Of a DNA stretch of 64,000 nt, positions 28,868 through 39,487 are shown in pieces. The position numbers and the translations under genes are program-made. Where the stretch lies: positions 832,001-896,000 of the forward strand of contig CAWCAG010000009.1 in assembly GCA_963793425.1 (NCBI GenBank), written 5' to 3'. The stretch's first letter is position 1, and each line of letters opens with the position of its first letter. The notes under the pieces are model-generated. The model ran no database searches. It had not been told where the DNA came from and saw only the letters and a list, made by a program, of their open reading frames with translations. The DNA comes from an uncultured cyanobacterium. Its GTDB lineage: Bacteria > Cyanobacteriota > Cyanobacteriia > Cyanobacteriales > CAWCAG01.

Positions 28868-28944
28868 AGCAAGATAAATCTCTTTAAGGGATTACAATAA
28901 AGGCTAAAATTTCTCAACCTAAACGGCTACTTTCTTGGTTAATA

Positions 28945-30225
28945 ATGAAATTACTCTGTCTCAGCAATGGCCATGGGGAAGATGTAATTGCTGTCAGAAT
29001 TTTAGAGCAACTACAACGCCATCCTAACATCTGCGATCTTGCCGCACTCCCTATAGTTGGGGAGGGAAACGCCTATAACCAAATTGATGTACCAATTATC
29101 GGTACGGTGCAGAAAATGCCTTCCGGGGGCTTTATTTATATGGATGGTCGCCAGTTATGGCAAGACTTACAAGGAGGGCTATTAAAGCTCACTTTAGCCC
29201 AGTATAAAGTAGTGCGGCGCTGGGGCAGAACTGGCGGTGTAATTTTAGCAGTGGGGGATATTGTCCCTTTATTATTCGCTTGGTTAAGTGGGGCAAACTA
29301 TGCTTTTGTGGGGACAGCCAAGTCAGAATATTACCTGCGCGATCGCCAGGGTTGGTTACCCCAAACTTCTAGGTTAGAACGTTGGTTTGGTTCTGTTTAT
29401 CTTCCTTGGGAAAGGTGGTTGATGAGTCGCCCCCGTTGCCAAGGGGTTTTTCCCAGAGATAAATTAACAGCAGATGTTTTGAGTCGCTGGGATATTCCTA
29501 CTTTCGATTTTGGCAACCCGATGATTGATAAAATTTATCCTCAACAGTCTCAACCACAATTTTTTGAGTGGAATGCTGAATTAAAGGAACAGGAAAGAGG
29601 GCTTAATATTCTCCTCTTACCGGGTTCTCGTCCCCCAGAAGCCTATGAAAATTGGCAACAGATTATTCGAGGGGCAAGGGGAATTATCAACGACTTTAAG
29701 AACTATTCTCTAGTTTTTTTAGCAGCGATCGCCCCTTCTCTAGAAACTATTCCTTTACAAGAACAGCTTACCAATCAAGGTTGGCAGCAGCAAACAGAAG
29801 TACCAGAGAACTTACCAATTAAAGATCCTGATGCGTTAATATTCACTCAACACCAAGCCACTTTAGTTTTAAGCCAAAACGCTTATCAAGATTGTTTACT
29901 AAACTCTGACTTTGCGATCGCTATGGCAGGAACAGCAACGGAACAGTTTATTGGCTTAGGCAAACCCGCTATTGCTATTCCCGGTAAAGGGCCTCAATTT
30001 ACCCCAGCTTTCGCAGAAGCACAAACCCGTCTCTTGGGTAATTCCTTAACTTTAGTCAAGAAACCAGAACAAGTAGCAAAGGCAATACAAACCCTACTCA
30101 AAGATCCTGACAGGCTTCAGCTTATTGCGGCTAACGGTAAAGAAAGAATTGGCAAACCCGGTGCAGCAGAAAGGATTGCAGAATGTTTAGCGCACCGCTT
30201 TGCGGAAGTAATAAGTAATAAGTAA
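28945..30225 (+). CDS. Lipid-A-disaccharide synthase-related protein (cyanobacterial conserved)
   Basis: LCLSNGHGED, MPSGGF, AVGDI, GTAKS, LLPGSR, AMAGTATEQ..GLGKP. Confidence 0.88.
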   Translation: MKLLCLSNGHGEDVIAVRILEQLQRHPNICDLAALPIVGEGNAYNQIDVPIIGTVQKMPSGGFIYMDGRQLWQDLQGGLLKLTLAQYKVVRRWGRTGGVILAVGDIVPLLFAWLSGANYAFVGTAKSEYYLRDRQGWLPQTSRLERWFGSVYLPWERWLMSRPRCQGVFPRDKLTADVLSRWDIPTFDFGNPMIDKIYPQQSQPQFFEWNAELKEQERGLNILLLPGSRPPEAYENWQQIIRGARGIINDFKNYSLVFLAAIAPSLETIPLQEQLTNQGWQQQTEVPENLPIKDPDALIFTQHQATLVLSQNAYQDCLLNSDFAIAMAGTATEQFIGLGKPAIAIPGKGPQFTPAFAEAQTRLLGNSLTLVKKPEQVAKAIQTLLKDPDRLQLIAANGKERIGKPGAAERIAECLAHRFAEVISNK

Positions 30226-30236
30226 TAAGTAATAAG
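30208..30236. repeat. Heptamer tandem repeat (GTAATAA) x4 spanning the stop codon of the preceding gene
   Basis: gtaataagtaataagtaataagtaataag. Confidence 0.9.
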
Positions 30237-30260
30237 TTTATTTTTCTGTTCCCTATAATT

Positions 30261-31457
30261 ATGATCAAAATCAGCTTCTGTGCCATCGTTAAAAACGAAG
30301 AAAAACTCTTGCCTCAATGCTTGAAAAGCGTTCGCAATGTTGTAGATGAGATGGTGGTATTGGATACTGGTTCCACTGATAAAACCGTCGCTATTGCCCA
30401 AGAATTAGGGGCGCGAGTAGAACATTTTACTTGGAATAATAACTTCTCTGCTGCTCGTAATTATGCCTTGCAATTCGTTAAAGGGCAATGGGTTTTAGTA
30501 CTTGATGCTGATGAAGTTCTCACCCCAGAGATTGTCCCTCAACTTCATAAAGCCATTGAAAACAAAAACCATTTGGTTGTTAACCTCATTAGAGAAGAAG
30601 TTGGGGCAGCCCAATCTCCTTATTCTTTAGTTTCACGGTTATTTCGTAATCATCCCGAAGTTAAATTTTCCCGCCCTTACCATACCTTAATTGATGACAC
30701 CGTAGCGCAATTAAGGGCCAGAGAACCTGGTTGGAAAATAGTTACTCTCAAGCCTGTGGGGATTTTACATTATGGCTATCAACCAGAGGCGATCGCAGCT
30801 TTAGATAAATACAATCGGGCTAGGAAAGCGATGGAGGTTTATTTAGCCCAACATCCCCAAGATGCTTATGTTTGTACTAAGTTGGGGGCGCTTTATGTGC
30901 AGGTTGGGGAGATAGAGTTGGGTAAAGAATTATTGGAGAGGGGTTTACAAGCGAAAGAAGTTAATGCTCCAGTTTTATTTGAACTTCATTACCATCTCGG
31001 TAATGTTTATACCCGTTTGTGCGATCCCTATGAAGCAGCAATCCACTACCAAAATGCCATTGCCCAGGATATTTTACCTCAATTAAAGTTAGGAGCATAC
31101 AATAATTTAGGTACTTTACTCCAAGCCGTAGGAGAATTTCCAGAAGCACAAAAAGCCTACGAGACTGCTATTAAAATCGCTCCTAACTTTGCTGTGGGCT
31201 ACTACAATTTAGCCATGAATTATAAAGAATTAGGTCAATTTCACCAGGCAGTTACTGCCTACCAACAAGCAATTAAAATCAATCCTCGCTACGCAGAAGC
31301 TTACCAAAACTTAGGAGTTGCTTATTGGAAATTAGGTAAAGTGCCAGAAAGTATAGGGGCTTTTCAAGAAGCAATCGCACTTCATGAAAAAGATAACCCG
31401 GAAGAGGCAGAAAGGTTGCGTGAAGGGTTGCAGAAAATGGGAATGGGAAATTATTAG
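30261..31457 (+). CDS. GT2 glycosyltransferase with C-terminal TPR repeats
   Basis: IVKNEE..L..CL.S, LDTGSTD, FSAARN, LDADE, HYGY, TPRs. Confidence 0.92.
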   Translation: MIKISFCAIVKNEEKLLPQCLKSVRNVVDEMVVLDTGSTDKTVAIAQELGARVEHFTWNNNFSAARNYALQFVKGQWVLVLDADEVLTPEIVPQLHKAIENKNHLVVNLIREEVGAAQSPYSLVSRLFRNHPEVKFSRPYHTLIDDTVAQLRAREPGWKIVTLKPVGILHYGYQPEAIAALDKYNRARKAMEVYLAQHPQDAYVCTKLGALYVQVGEIELGKELLERGLQAKEVNAPVLFELHYHLGNVYTRLCDPYEAAIHYQNAIAQDILPQLKLGAYNNLGTLLQAVGEFPEAQKAYETAIKIAPNFAVGYYNLAMNYKELGQFHQAVTAYQQAIKINPRYAEAYQNLGVAYWKLGKVPESIGAFQEAIALHEKDNPEEAERLREGLQKMGMGNY

Positions 31458-31514
31458 CTATTGGTAACAGATCAAGGCTATAATCCAGACTGCTACTAAT
31501 CTAGAGAGATTATT

Positions 31515-34500
31515 ATGAGCCTGTTTGAAAGATATATTCGGAGCTTACTCGATATCTATGCAACAGGGGCAGGTGTTCCAGAAACCTCTTATTACGGGGC
31601 TTTAGAAACTTTACTTAATGAATTAGGCCAAACTTTACAGCCGAAAGTTCGTTGTGTGATGCAGCTCAAAAATCGTGGCGCAGGAATGCCAGATGGAGGA
31701 CTATTTACGGCTCGTCAATTTCAGAGGAAGACAGGGGATGAGCCAACTGATCCCCAGAATCCTGAACGGGGTGTAATTGAGATTAAGAGTACTAGGGATG
31801 ATGCCTGGGTAACTGCGGATACTGAGCAAGTCTCGAAATATTGGCAGAAGTATCGTCAGGTATTAGTAACAAACTATCGAGATTTCCTGGTAATTGGTCA
31901 GGATAGCAATGGTAAGCCCATTAAGCTAGAAACCTATCGCCTTGCTAACAGTGAAAAGGAATTTTGGCAGAAGGTACAGAATACCCATGAGTTTGTCATT
32001 GAACGCGAAGAGCAGTTCACAGAATATTTGAAGCGGGTAATGCTGATAGAGGCAACAATTGGCTCTCCGCAAGATTTAGCTTGGTTTTTAGCTTCCTATG
32101 CCAAAGATGCAAAGGCACGAGTCGAGAAAACCAATTTGCTTTATCTATCGCAAGTTCGAGAAGCATTGGAAAAAGCATTAGGTATTTCCTTCACAGGAGA
32201 CAAAAAAAATCCTGATAAAGGCAAACAATTTTTCCAATCAACTTTGATTCAGACCTTGTTCTACGGTATCTTCTCAGCATGGGTACTGTGGCATCGACAA
32301 GATGAACAAGGGCGCTTTGATTGGCGGACGGCTGTTTGGTATTTACGTGTACCGATGATCCAAGCTTTGTTCTCTAAAGTTGCTACACCTACAAATTTAG
32401 GAAGGTTAGAACTAGTAGAGGTATTAGATTGGGCAGGAGATGCTCTAAACCGGGTTGATCGTAAGTCTTTTTTCTCGAAATTTGATGAAGGGCAAGCTGT
32501 TCAATATTTCTATGAGCCGTTTCTCCAAGCGTTTGATCCGCAGCTTCGCAAAGATTTAGGGGTTTGGTACACGCCACCAGAAATTGTGAAGTATATGGTA
32601 GCAAGAGTGGATACAGTACTACGGGAAGAATTAAATATTGCTGACGGGTTGGCTGATCCTCATGTCTATGTACTTGATCCCTGTTGTGGCACAGGGGCTT
32701 ATTTGGTGGAGGTGCTGCGGAAGATTGATGAAACCCTGAAAACAAACGGCGCAGATGCTTTAGGTGGCTCAGCTTTGAAGCAGGCAGCAATAGAAAGAAT
32801 ATTTGGCTTTGAAATTCTTACGGCTCCTTTTGTTGTAGCACATTTACAGTTGGGGTTATTATTGCAGAATTTGGGAGTACCTTTAGTTGAAGAAAGAGAA
32901 CGAGTAGCTGTTTATCTAACTAATGCTTTGACAGGATGGCAACCTCCTGATATTCAAGGAAAACAAAAGATTAAACAGTTAGAGTTGAATTTTCCAGAGT
33001 TAAATCAAGAAAGAGAAGCCGCAAACGAAGTAAAACAAGGAAAACCAATTTTAGTGGTTTTAGGAAATCCCCCTTACAATGCCTATGCAGGAACTTCTCC
33101 GGCAGAAGAGGAAGGTTTAGTTGAGGAGTATAAGGAGGGTTTGATAGAGGAATGGGGAATTAAAAAGTTTAATTTAGATGACCTCTATGTGCGGTTTTTT
33201 CGGTTAGCAGAAAGGTGTATTTCTGAACAAACCAAAAAGGGCGTTGTTTGTTATATTTCTAATCACTCTTGGGTGAGCGATCCATCTTTTGTAGTTTTAA
33301 GAAAACATTTGTTAGACAATTTCAACAAGTTTTGGATTGAGAATATGCACGGAAATCGTAAAATCTCCGAATATGCACCAGATGGAAAAACTAGCGAAAC
33401 AATTTTTTCTATTCCAGGCTTTTCAGCAGGTATTCGGCAAGGTGTCGCAATTTCACTTTGGGTCAAGAAGGAGAATGATTCAGAAACGACCGTTCTATTT
33501 CGAGATAACTTAAATGCAGCTAAAGCAGTTGAACGTAGACAGCAGTTGTTAGATAGTCTTAAGGATAATGATTTTGATAGGAATTATCAAATAGTAAAAC
33601 CATCCGACAAAACCCGTTACTCATTGCGGTTTTCAGAAGTTGAAGACTATTATTATGACTGGCCAAAATTAACAGAGTTTTGTGCGATCGCTCCTAGCAA
33701 CGGCTTAATGGAAAAGCGGGGAGGAGCATTAATTGATATTGATAGAGATGCCTTAGAAAAGCGTATGAGGGCTTATCTTAATCCAAAATTAAGTTGGGAT
33801 GATTATGTGGCATTAGATTATGGCTTGGTTAAACCGAGAGCAAGTTTTACTCCTAAAGTAGCACGACGAAAAATACTTTTAGAAGAGCAGTTCGATCAAC
33901 TTCGATTAAAGCGATATGCCCTAAGACCATTTGATACTCGTTGGTGTTACTACACCTCTGTAGGTGGAGTTTGGAATCGATCTCGTCCTTCTCTTTGGAA
34001 ACAGTGCTGGTCAGGAAATTCATTTTTGATGACTCGCCCCAGTGGAGTTGCCAGTCCGGAAGGGTGTCCATTTTTCTTCACTCGGCTATTAGGAGATAAT
34101 GATTTTTTACGGGGCCATGGTTATTACTTCCCGATGCAACTGATGAACGGAGCAAGGTTGCGCCCAAAAGAACAACTGAGTTTGCTAGATTTGTTAGGAG
34201 AAAAGCCAGAGGTCGATCAACCTTTTGCTAATCTCTCTGGGGCTGCCCGTACTTATCTAACAGAATTGGGATTACCCAATCCAGATGAAGACAGGGAGAC
34301 AGCTTTGCTGATTTGGATGCACGCCCTGGGAATTGGTTATTCCCCTGACTACCTCACAGAAAATGCCGATGGCATTCGTCAAGACTTCCCTCGCATTCCC
34401 CTTCCCAAAAATCGCCAACTTCTGATTGCTAGTGCAAACTTAGGACAACAGATTGCTACCTTACTGGATACTGAAACTCCTGTTTCCGGGGTAACATTAG

Positions 34501-34643
34501 GTAAAATTAGAGATGGATTGAAGGCGATCGCAGTTATCTCTTGTGTGGATGGTGGACAACTTAACCCCGACACAGACCTAGGAATCAACGCTAACTGGGG
34601 TTATAGTGGGGCTAGAGAGGCAACAACCTGCATTCCTGCTTGA
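31515..34643 (+). CDS. Single-chain restriction-modification enzyme (PD-ExK nuclease, N6-adenine MTase, Type ISP-like specificity region, no helicase); C-terminus probably truncated
   Basis: PDGG...VIEIK, YFYEPFL..FDP..RK..GVWYTP, DPCCGTG, GNPPY, DDLYVRFFR, RPFD.RW, DFPRIPLP; last ~10 codons are antisense read-through into the convergent gene. Confidence 0.85.
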   Translation: MSLFERYIRSLLDIYATGAGVPETSYYGALETLLNELGQTLQPKVRCVMQLKNRGAGMPDGGLFTARQFQRKTGDEPTDPQNPERGVIEIKSTRDDAWVTADTEQVSKYWQKYRQVLVTNYRDFLVIGQDSNGKPIKLETYRLANSEKEFWQKVQNTHEFVIEREEQFTEYLKRVMLIEATIGSPQDLAWFLASYAKDAKARVEKTNLLYLSQVREALEKALGISFTGDKKNPDKGKQFFQSTLIQTLFYGIFSAWVLWHRQDEQGRFDWRTAVWYLRVPMIQALFSKVATPTNLGRLELVEVLDWAGDALNRVDRKSFFSKFDEGQAVQYFYEPFLQAFDPQLRKDLGVWYTPPEIVKYMVARVDTVLREELNIADGLADPHVYVLDPCCGTGAYLVEVLRKIDETLKTNGADALGGSALKQAAIERIFGFEILTAPFVVAHLQLGLLLQNLGVPLVEERERVAVYLTNALTGWQPPDIQGKQKIKQLELNFPELNQEREAANEVKQGKPILVVLGNPPYNAYAGTSPAEEEGLVEEYKEGLIEEWGIKKFNLDDLYVRFFRLAERCISEQTKKGVVCYISNHSWVSDPSFVVLRKHLLDNFNKFWIENMHGNRKISEYAPDGKTSETIFSIPGFSAGIRQGVAISLWVKKENDSETTVLFRDNLNAAKAVERRQQLLDSLKDNDFDRNYQIVKPSDKTRYSLRFSEVEDYYYDWPKLTEFCAIAPSNGLMEKRGGALIDIDRDALEKRMRAYLNPKLSWDDYVALDYGLVKPRASFTPKVARRKILLEEQFDQLRLKRYALRPFDTRWCYYTSVGGVWNRSRPSLWKQCWSGNSFLMTRPSGVASPEGCPFFFTRLLGDNDFLRGHGYYFPMQLMNGARLRPKEQLSLLDLLGEKPEVDQPFANLSGAARTYLTELGLPNPDEDRETALLIWMHALGIGYSPDYLTENADGIRQDFPRIPLPKNRQLLIASANLGQQIATLLDTETPVSGVTLGKIRDGLKAIAVISCVDGGQLNPDTDLGINANWGYSGAREATTCIPA

Positions 34644-35617
34644 GAAAACCTCTCAAAAGCCTCATCTGCTTGGGGAGTATAATTTACCACTCCTGGTACA
34701 ACTACAGCAGAAGTACAATCTTCTAATAAATAAATCTTTTTCGCTAAACTAGGATCTTTGGCTTGAATAGAAGTGAGTAAATCTTCAATCGTCCAAGCGA
34801 CACAATGACTTTTAGCTTGCCCGGCAATAAATACTTGATCAAACTCTAATAAAGCAGAAATTAAAGTGGTATTTTTCTGTGCGATCGCCTCCCCTTGAGC
34901 ATTTTCCATAACCTCCGGTTGCAACACAGAATAGTTTTCTGTTAGGGGGTTATTTCCTTTTAGTTCATAACGAGTTTGACTCTGACGGGCAATAGAATGA
35001 AAGAAAATCGCCTCTTCCACCGCAGGTACTAAAGCATGACCTATACCGCCCAACATAGAATGGTAAGGCCAGATAGTTAAGGGATATTTACCCCTTTGAG
35101 TTAATTGGCTAACGTAATGATAGGCATAATTTTGTAAGGCAGAATAGTCTCCACCAGCTACATCATCAGCAACCGCAGGGTTAACCTGCCATAAGCTTTT
35201 TTCTACATCCTCTGGAGTAATAGTAGTGGCAGCAGGGGTAGGATGTTTTCCTTCTTTATCTACCCAAAAAATTGGGTGAAATATTTGCATGGTACTATGG
35301 GTATCTAAGGTCGGAATAATCTTACTAATTTTCCCCAGGTTGCGATAAATAAATTCGCATAGTCTCAGATTATCTTCTACCGCACCTTGTCCGGAGTTTC
35401 CCCCCACAAATAGTTCAAATTCTGGCAAACAGAAAGTATTTTGTACATCAATAAGTAAAAGACAAACTTTAGTTTGATCTTGGACTGCGGGTTTTAATTG
35501 GTATTTTTCTGCCCATTGTTGCGCCTGCTGCGCCCTTTCTTGATAAGGAACCCGCCAAAATTCCCCTACTACTTCCGGGTTGAAAAAATCTGGGATGGGG
35601 GTTGAGGAAATGTTCAT
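34601..35617 (-). CDS. Isochorismatase/nicotinamidase-like cysteine hydrolase
   Basis: LLIDVQNTFC, TLDTH...QIFH..FW, IWPYH, K in ELKG, AGQAKSHCV. Confidence 0.88.
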   Translation of the reverse strand: MNISSTPIPDFFNPEVVGEFWRVPYQERAQQAQQWAEKYQLKPAVQDQTKVCLLLIDVQNTFCLPEFELFVGGNSGQGAVEDNLRLCEFIYRNLGKISKIIPTLDTHSTMQIFHPIFWVDKEGKHPTPAATTITPEDVEKSLWQVNPAVADDVAGGDYSALQNYAYHYVSQLTQRGKYPLTIWPYHSMLGGIGHALVPAVEEAIFFHSIARQSQTRYELKGNNPLTENYSVLQPEVMENAQGEAIAQKNTTLISALLEFDQVFIAGQAKSHCVAWTIEDLLTSIQAKDPSLAKKIYLLEDCTSAVVVPGVVNYTPQADEAFERFSQAGMQVVASLAPL

Positions 35618-35710
35618 ATCTTTTCAGTTTAAAGGCATCTTAGCTTACATTAGCTTAAGCAAGAACCCATGTTTGTTATTATCCCTATTAGCCATTAGCA
35701 ACTAAATTCA

Positions 35711-36433
35711 ATGCCAAGAGAAGATGCAGATTACAAGCTTGATGATTATTTAGCCAGAGCTAATGATATTTATACTATAACTAAATACAAAATTGCCCTG
35801 GATTGGCTACCAAAAAAATCAGGGCTTAATATTCTGAATGCAGGTTGTGGTTCAGGGGAAATGAATATTTTGCTTTCTCAACAAAGTACTTGGCAAGTTG
35901 AGGCTATTGATGTTGATCCTCAAGCGATTTATTTGTCTCAAAAGTTAAAAAAACAAGGTAATCTAACTAACTTGAATGTAGTTCATTCTACGATTGAAAA
36001 ACATCAATGTTCCCAACCCTACGATATCATCGTTTCTAACGATGTTTTAGAACATATTCAAGATGATGTCCAGGCAGTAAAAAAGCTAGCTGAGATGCTT
36101 GTTCCTCAAGGCACTTTATGTATTTCTGTCCCTGCCTATCCCTGGTTATTTGGCTACCATGATGAAAAGTTAGGTCATTATAGACGTTATAGTCGCCAAG
36201 ATTTACTCAAAACCCTAACCCCCCATTTCCAGATTAAGCAATGCCGTTACTTTGCCGCTAGTCTCATTCCTGTGGTATTAGCTTATAGCTGTTGGGGGAG
36301 AAAGCCTTATCCTGTGGGTAATTTAAGAAAGAAATCTTGGTTAAAAAGTGTTCTCGACCAAATTCTTACCCTAGAAGCGAAGATTAGTTTACCTGTGGGG
36401 ATATCCCTAATAGTTTTAGCAACGAAGAAATAG
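35711..36433 (+). CDS. Class I SAM-dependent methyltransferase
   Basis: ILNAGCGSG, DVLEHI.DD, SVPA, HD...GHYRRY. Confidence 0.88.
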   Translation: MPREDADYKLDDYLARANDIYTITKYKIALDWLPKKSGLNILNAGCGSGEMNILLSQQSTWQVEAIDVDPQAIYLSQKLKKQGNLTNLNVVHSTIEKHQCSQPYDIIVSNDVLEHIQDDVQAVKKLAEMLVPQGTLCISVPAYPWLFGYHDEKLGHYRRYSRQDLLKTLTPHFQIKQCRYFAASLIPVVLAYSCWGRKPYPVGNLRKKSWLKSVLDQILTLEAKISLPVGISLIVLATKK

Positions 36434-36463
36434 AATAATAATATCTCCTCTACAACGCAATTA

Positions 36464-38050
36464 ATGAACCTAAACCAACTACTTATTTGGACTATCTGTT
36501 TATCCTGCATCGCTTTTTTAATTCGTGCCTTTCGTTCTAACCCTAAGCGTAATTTAGGCTGGGTAATAGTTGCGGGAGCTATTTTAACTATAACCTTAGT
36601 AGGATGGGCATTCGTTCCTGATTTAGCAGGTGTAATTGGTGGTGTCCTCTGGGGAATATTTTTGTTGGTTCCCCTGATTGGTTTCACTAAAGTCAACAAG
36701 CTAATTTATCAACAGCGTTATAAACAAGCCCGTTTCCTCGCTGTTTATTTAAGGTGGTTGCATCCGGCAGATGGTTGGTTTGAACAGCCAGAATTGTTAC
36801 GGGCTTTATCTTTAGGGCAGAGGGGACAAATGGAAGAAGCTTTTGCTATCCTCCAACATCATCAAAATACCCGTAGCCCGATTGGTAGAGATGCAGCTAT
36901 TTTACTTTACTGGATGGGTTCTCGCTGGCATGAATGTTTAGCTTGGATGAGGCAGAATTTTAGTGAAGCTACTTTGTGTAAAGAACCTGGTTTAGCCCTA
37001 TTTTATTTGCGGGGTTTAGGAGAAACTGGAGACTTGAATGGTTTGTTGCGGGGGATAGAGGGTTCTGAGAGGAGCTTAGAAAGGTCTGGAGATGTATTAA
37101 GGTTAAACTTGGTGCGGATGTATGGTTTAGCTTTTTGCGGGGAAGTTGAGGCTGTAGAAGAGTTGTTGGAGACAAATTTATCTAGCTATTCAACAAATAT
37201 TAAACGCTTTTGGCAACTAACAGCCCAAAGAGTCGCTGGTAATCCGGTTAAGGAACAACTTTTAACTCTGCAAAATCAAGATAATTACACCCTAAAAAAT
37301 GCGATCGCTTGGCGTTTATCTCAACCCTTAGTTAAACCACAACAGGTTTTAAACCAAACTTCTCAACAAATTCTTACTCGTTTGAAAAAAGAAATTAAAC
37401 AGGAAGCGCGATATAGCTTTACACCCAAGGTTAAGGATAAAAAAGCCTACGCTACCTTCGGTTTAATTGCCCTGAATGTACTCTTTTTTCTCTTAGAAAT
37501 TAGATTAGGAGGTAGCACAAATACTGAGGTTTTATCTGCTTTAGGAGCATTAGAACCTGGGAAAGTTTGGCAAGGAGAATGGTGGCGTTTACTAAATGCG
37601 AATTTTCTCCATTTTGGCTACCTTCACTTATTAATGAACATGATCGGGCTTTATTTCCTCGGCCCTTATGTAGAAATGAGTTTGGGAATAAGTCGCTTTT
37701 TGCTAATTTATTTAACTAGCGGCATCGGAACTATGTTCTGTTTCACCCTCATTGCTATTTACTTTGGTAATCCTGCCCAACTTTTGGTTGGTGCATCAGC
37801 AGCAATTATGGGTTTATTGGGTGCAGTAGGGGCAATTTTATTGAAGGGTTGGCGACAAGAAAAAGCCCGCATTGCCCGCAAACGTCTTCGTATTTTCCTC
37901 TTTGTAGTGGTGCTTCAAGTAGCTTTTGATGCTGCTATTCCTGAAGTTAGCGGTTTGGCTCATATTTTAGGTTTGATTTTGGGCTTTTGTGTTGGTAGTG
38001 TGGTGCAAATTGGGATGCCACTGCACCGCAGTCATGGGCGTAAACTTTAA
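36464..38050 (+). CDS. Rhomboid-family intramembrane serine protease with N-terminal extension
   Basis: WWRLL, FLHFG.LHL..NM, VGASAA (Ser), AHILG (His). Confidence 0.92.
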   Translation: MNLNQLLIWTICLSCIAFLIRAFRSNPKRNLGWVIVAGAILTITLVGWAFVPDLAGVIGGVLWGIFLLVPLIGFTKVNKLIYQQRYKQARFLAVYLRWLHPADGWFEQPELLRALSLGQRGQMEEAFAILQHHQNTRSPIGRDAAILLYWMGSRWHECLAWMRQNFSEATLCKEPGLALFYLRGLGETGDLNGLLRGIEGSERSLERSGDVLRLNLVRMYGLAFCGEVEAVEELLETNLSSYSTNIKRFWQLTAQRVAGNPVKEQLLTLQNQDNYTLKNAIAWRLSQPLVKPQQVLNQTSQQILTRLKKEIKQEARYSFTPKVKDKKAYATFGLIALNVLFFLLEIRLGGSTNTEVLSALGALEPGKVWQGEWWRLLNANFLHFGYLHLLMNMIGLYFLGPYVEMSLGISRFLLIYLTSGIGTMFCFTLIAIYFGNPAQLLVGASAAIMGLLGAVGAILLKGWRQEKARIARKRLRIFLFVVVLQVAFDAAIPEVSGLAHILGLILGFCVGSVVQIGMPLHRSHGRKL

Positions 38051-38088
38051 ACATTTATCATTAAACATTTATCATTTAAGGAAGGGGA

Positions 38089-38853
38089 ATGTCTCCAATA
38101 ATCATATTTGATATAGATGGTGTGATCCGAGATGTTAGTGGTTCTTATCGTCGGGCGATCGCAGATACAGTAGAACATTTTACTCAAGAAAAATATCGCC
38201 CAACCTTAACAGATATAGATAATCTGAAATCTGAAGGAATTTGGAACAATGATTGGCAAGCTTCCCAAGAATTAATCTGCCGCTTTTTTGAGTCTCAAGG
38301 AAGATCAAGAAAAGAATTAAACTTAGATTCTGAAGGAGCGATCGCCTTTTTTCAATCTCGTTATAGCGGTTCAGATCCCCATAATTGGACAGGTTATATT
38401 ACCACTGAACCTTTATTGGTAGAGCCAGAATATTTTACCAAATTACAAAAACAAAGTATTCCTTGGGGTTTTTTTAGCGGTGCGCCTCGCCTAGAAGCAG
38501 AGTATGTTTTAAAGCGGCTAGGCATCAATCAACCAATCTTAACTGCCATGGAAGATGCACCAGATAAGCCAGATCCCACAGGTTTATTTGCTACTATTAA
38601 AAAATTCACCTCAGATCCTCATACCCCAGTGATCTACATGGGGGATACTGTTGCTGATATGTATACAGTAACCAATGCCCAAAAGCAGCAACCAGAAAGA
38701 GTTTTTCTTGGTGTTGGCATCTTGCCTCCTCACATTCAAACTAATACAAAAGCTCAAGTTAACTACACAACCAAGTTAAAAGAAGCAGGGGCAAAAATTG
38801 TTTTAGGGAATCTCCAGGAGTTGGATTGGCAACAAGAGGAATTGTTTTCCTAA
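38089..38853 (+). CDS. HAD-type hydrolase, TIGR01548 family
   Basis: IFDIDGVIRDV.GSYRRA, WNNDW, KPDPTGL, GDTVADM, G.LPPH. Confidence 0.9.
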   Translation: MSPIIIFDIDGVIRDVSGSYRRAIADTVEHFTQEKYRPTLTDIDNLKSEGIWNNDWQASQELICRFFESQGRSRKELNLDSEGAIAFFQSRYSGSDPHNWTGYITTEPLLVEPEYFTKLQKQSIPWGFFSGAPRLEAEYVLKRLGINQPILTAMEDAPDKPDPTGLFATIKKFTSDPHTPVIYMGDTVADMYTVTNAQKQQPERVFLGVGILPPHIQTNTKAQVNYTTKLKEAGAKIVLGNLQELDWQQEELFS

Positions 38854-39060
38854 AGCAATATGATTTTAAAAGTTATATAAATTGAAGTAAACACAGCTAT
38901 GAAAATGAAGTTTAGTTTAGTTACTAAAAAATCAGGAAAAACAATGCTAAGTTAAGTAAGTGAAGTGAAGAAGCTTCCCTGGCAGATATATAAGCGCTAG
39001 GTAAACCGTCGAAGTTAGGAGTCAAAGGCGCTGTTCAACTCAACATCTGTCTCGTTAAAC

Positions 39061-39192
39061 CAAAAACAGCAACTTAACTGGAAGCTAATATTTCCCAATC
39101 TTTGATAATTAAGGGAGCTTAAAAACAGCTCTGTTTAGTATTTATGAATGAGAGGAATCACCTTAGCACATCAGACTTAGTTGCTGTTTTTG
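39061..39192. repeat. 132-bp segment bounded by perfect 14-bp inverted repeats
   Basis: caaaaacagcaact (39061-39074) and agttgctgtttttg (39179-39192). Confidence 0.7.
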
Positions 39193-39200
39193 CTATGGAT

Positions 39201-39445
39201 GAAACTTGCGATACAACATCGGAAATCAAAGATGTAGAATAGACAAAATGATGTCAGACAAATGGCTAGTAGCGTCATAAAAATAAGTTATGAAGAGCTA
39301 AAAAATAAACCTCATGTCCTACAAAGCTTAACAGGTCTGACCAAAAAAGAATTTGAAGCATTAGAGGTAAGCTTTAGCCAAGCATGGTTAGCATTTGTAG
39401 AAGAAACATTCGGTGCAAAAGAGCGTAAACGTGCTTATAGGGCAG
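39201..39445 (+). mobile_element. 5' remnant of an IS5/ISL2-like transposase (N-terminal HTH part only)
   Basis: From ATG 39262: YEELKNKP..LQSLTGL...EFEAL...F..AW...RKRAY; no DDE domain; possible left end gaaacttgcg at 39201. Confidence 0.7.
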
Positions 39446-39487
39446 AAAGTCTATTCTATCCCCCTATCCCACGATCTCCCTATCTCC

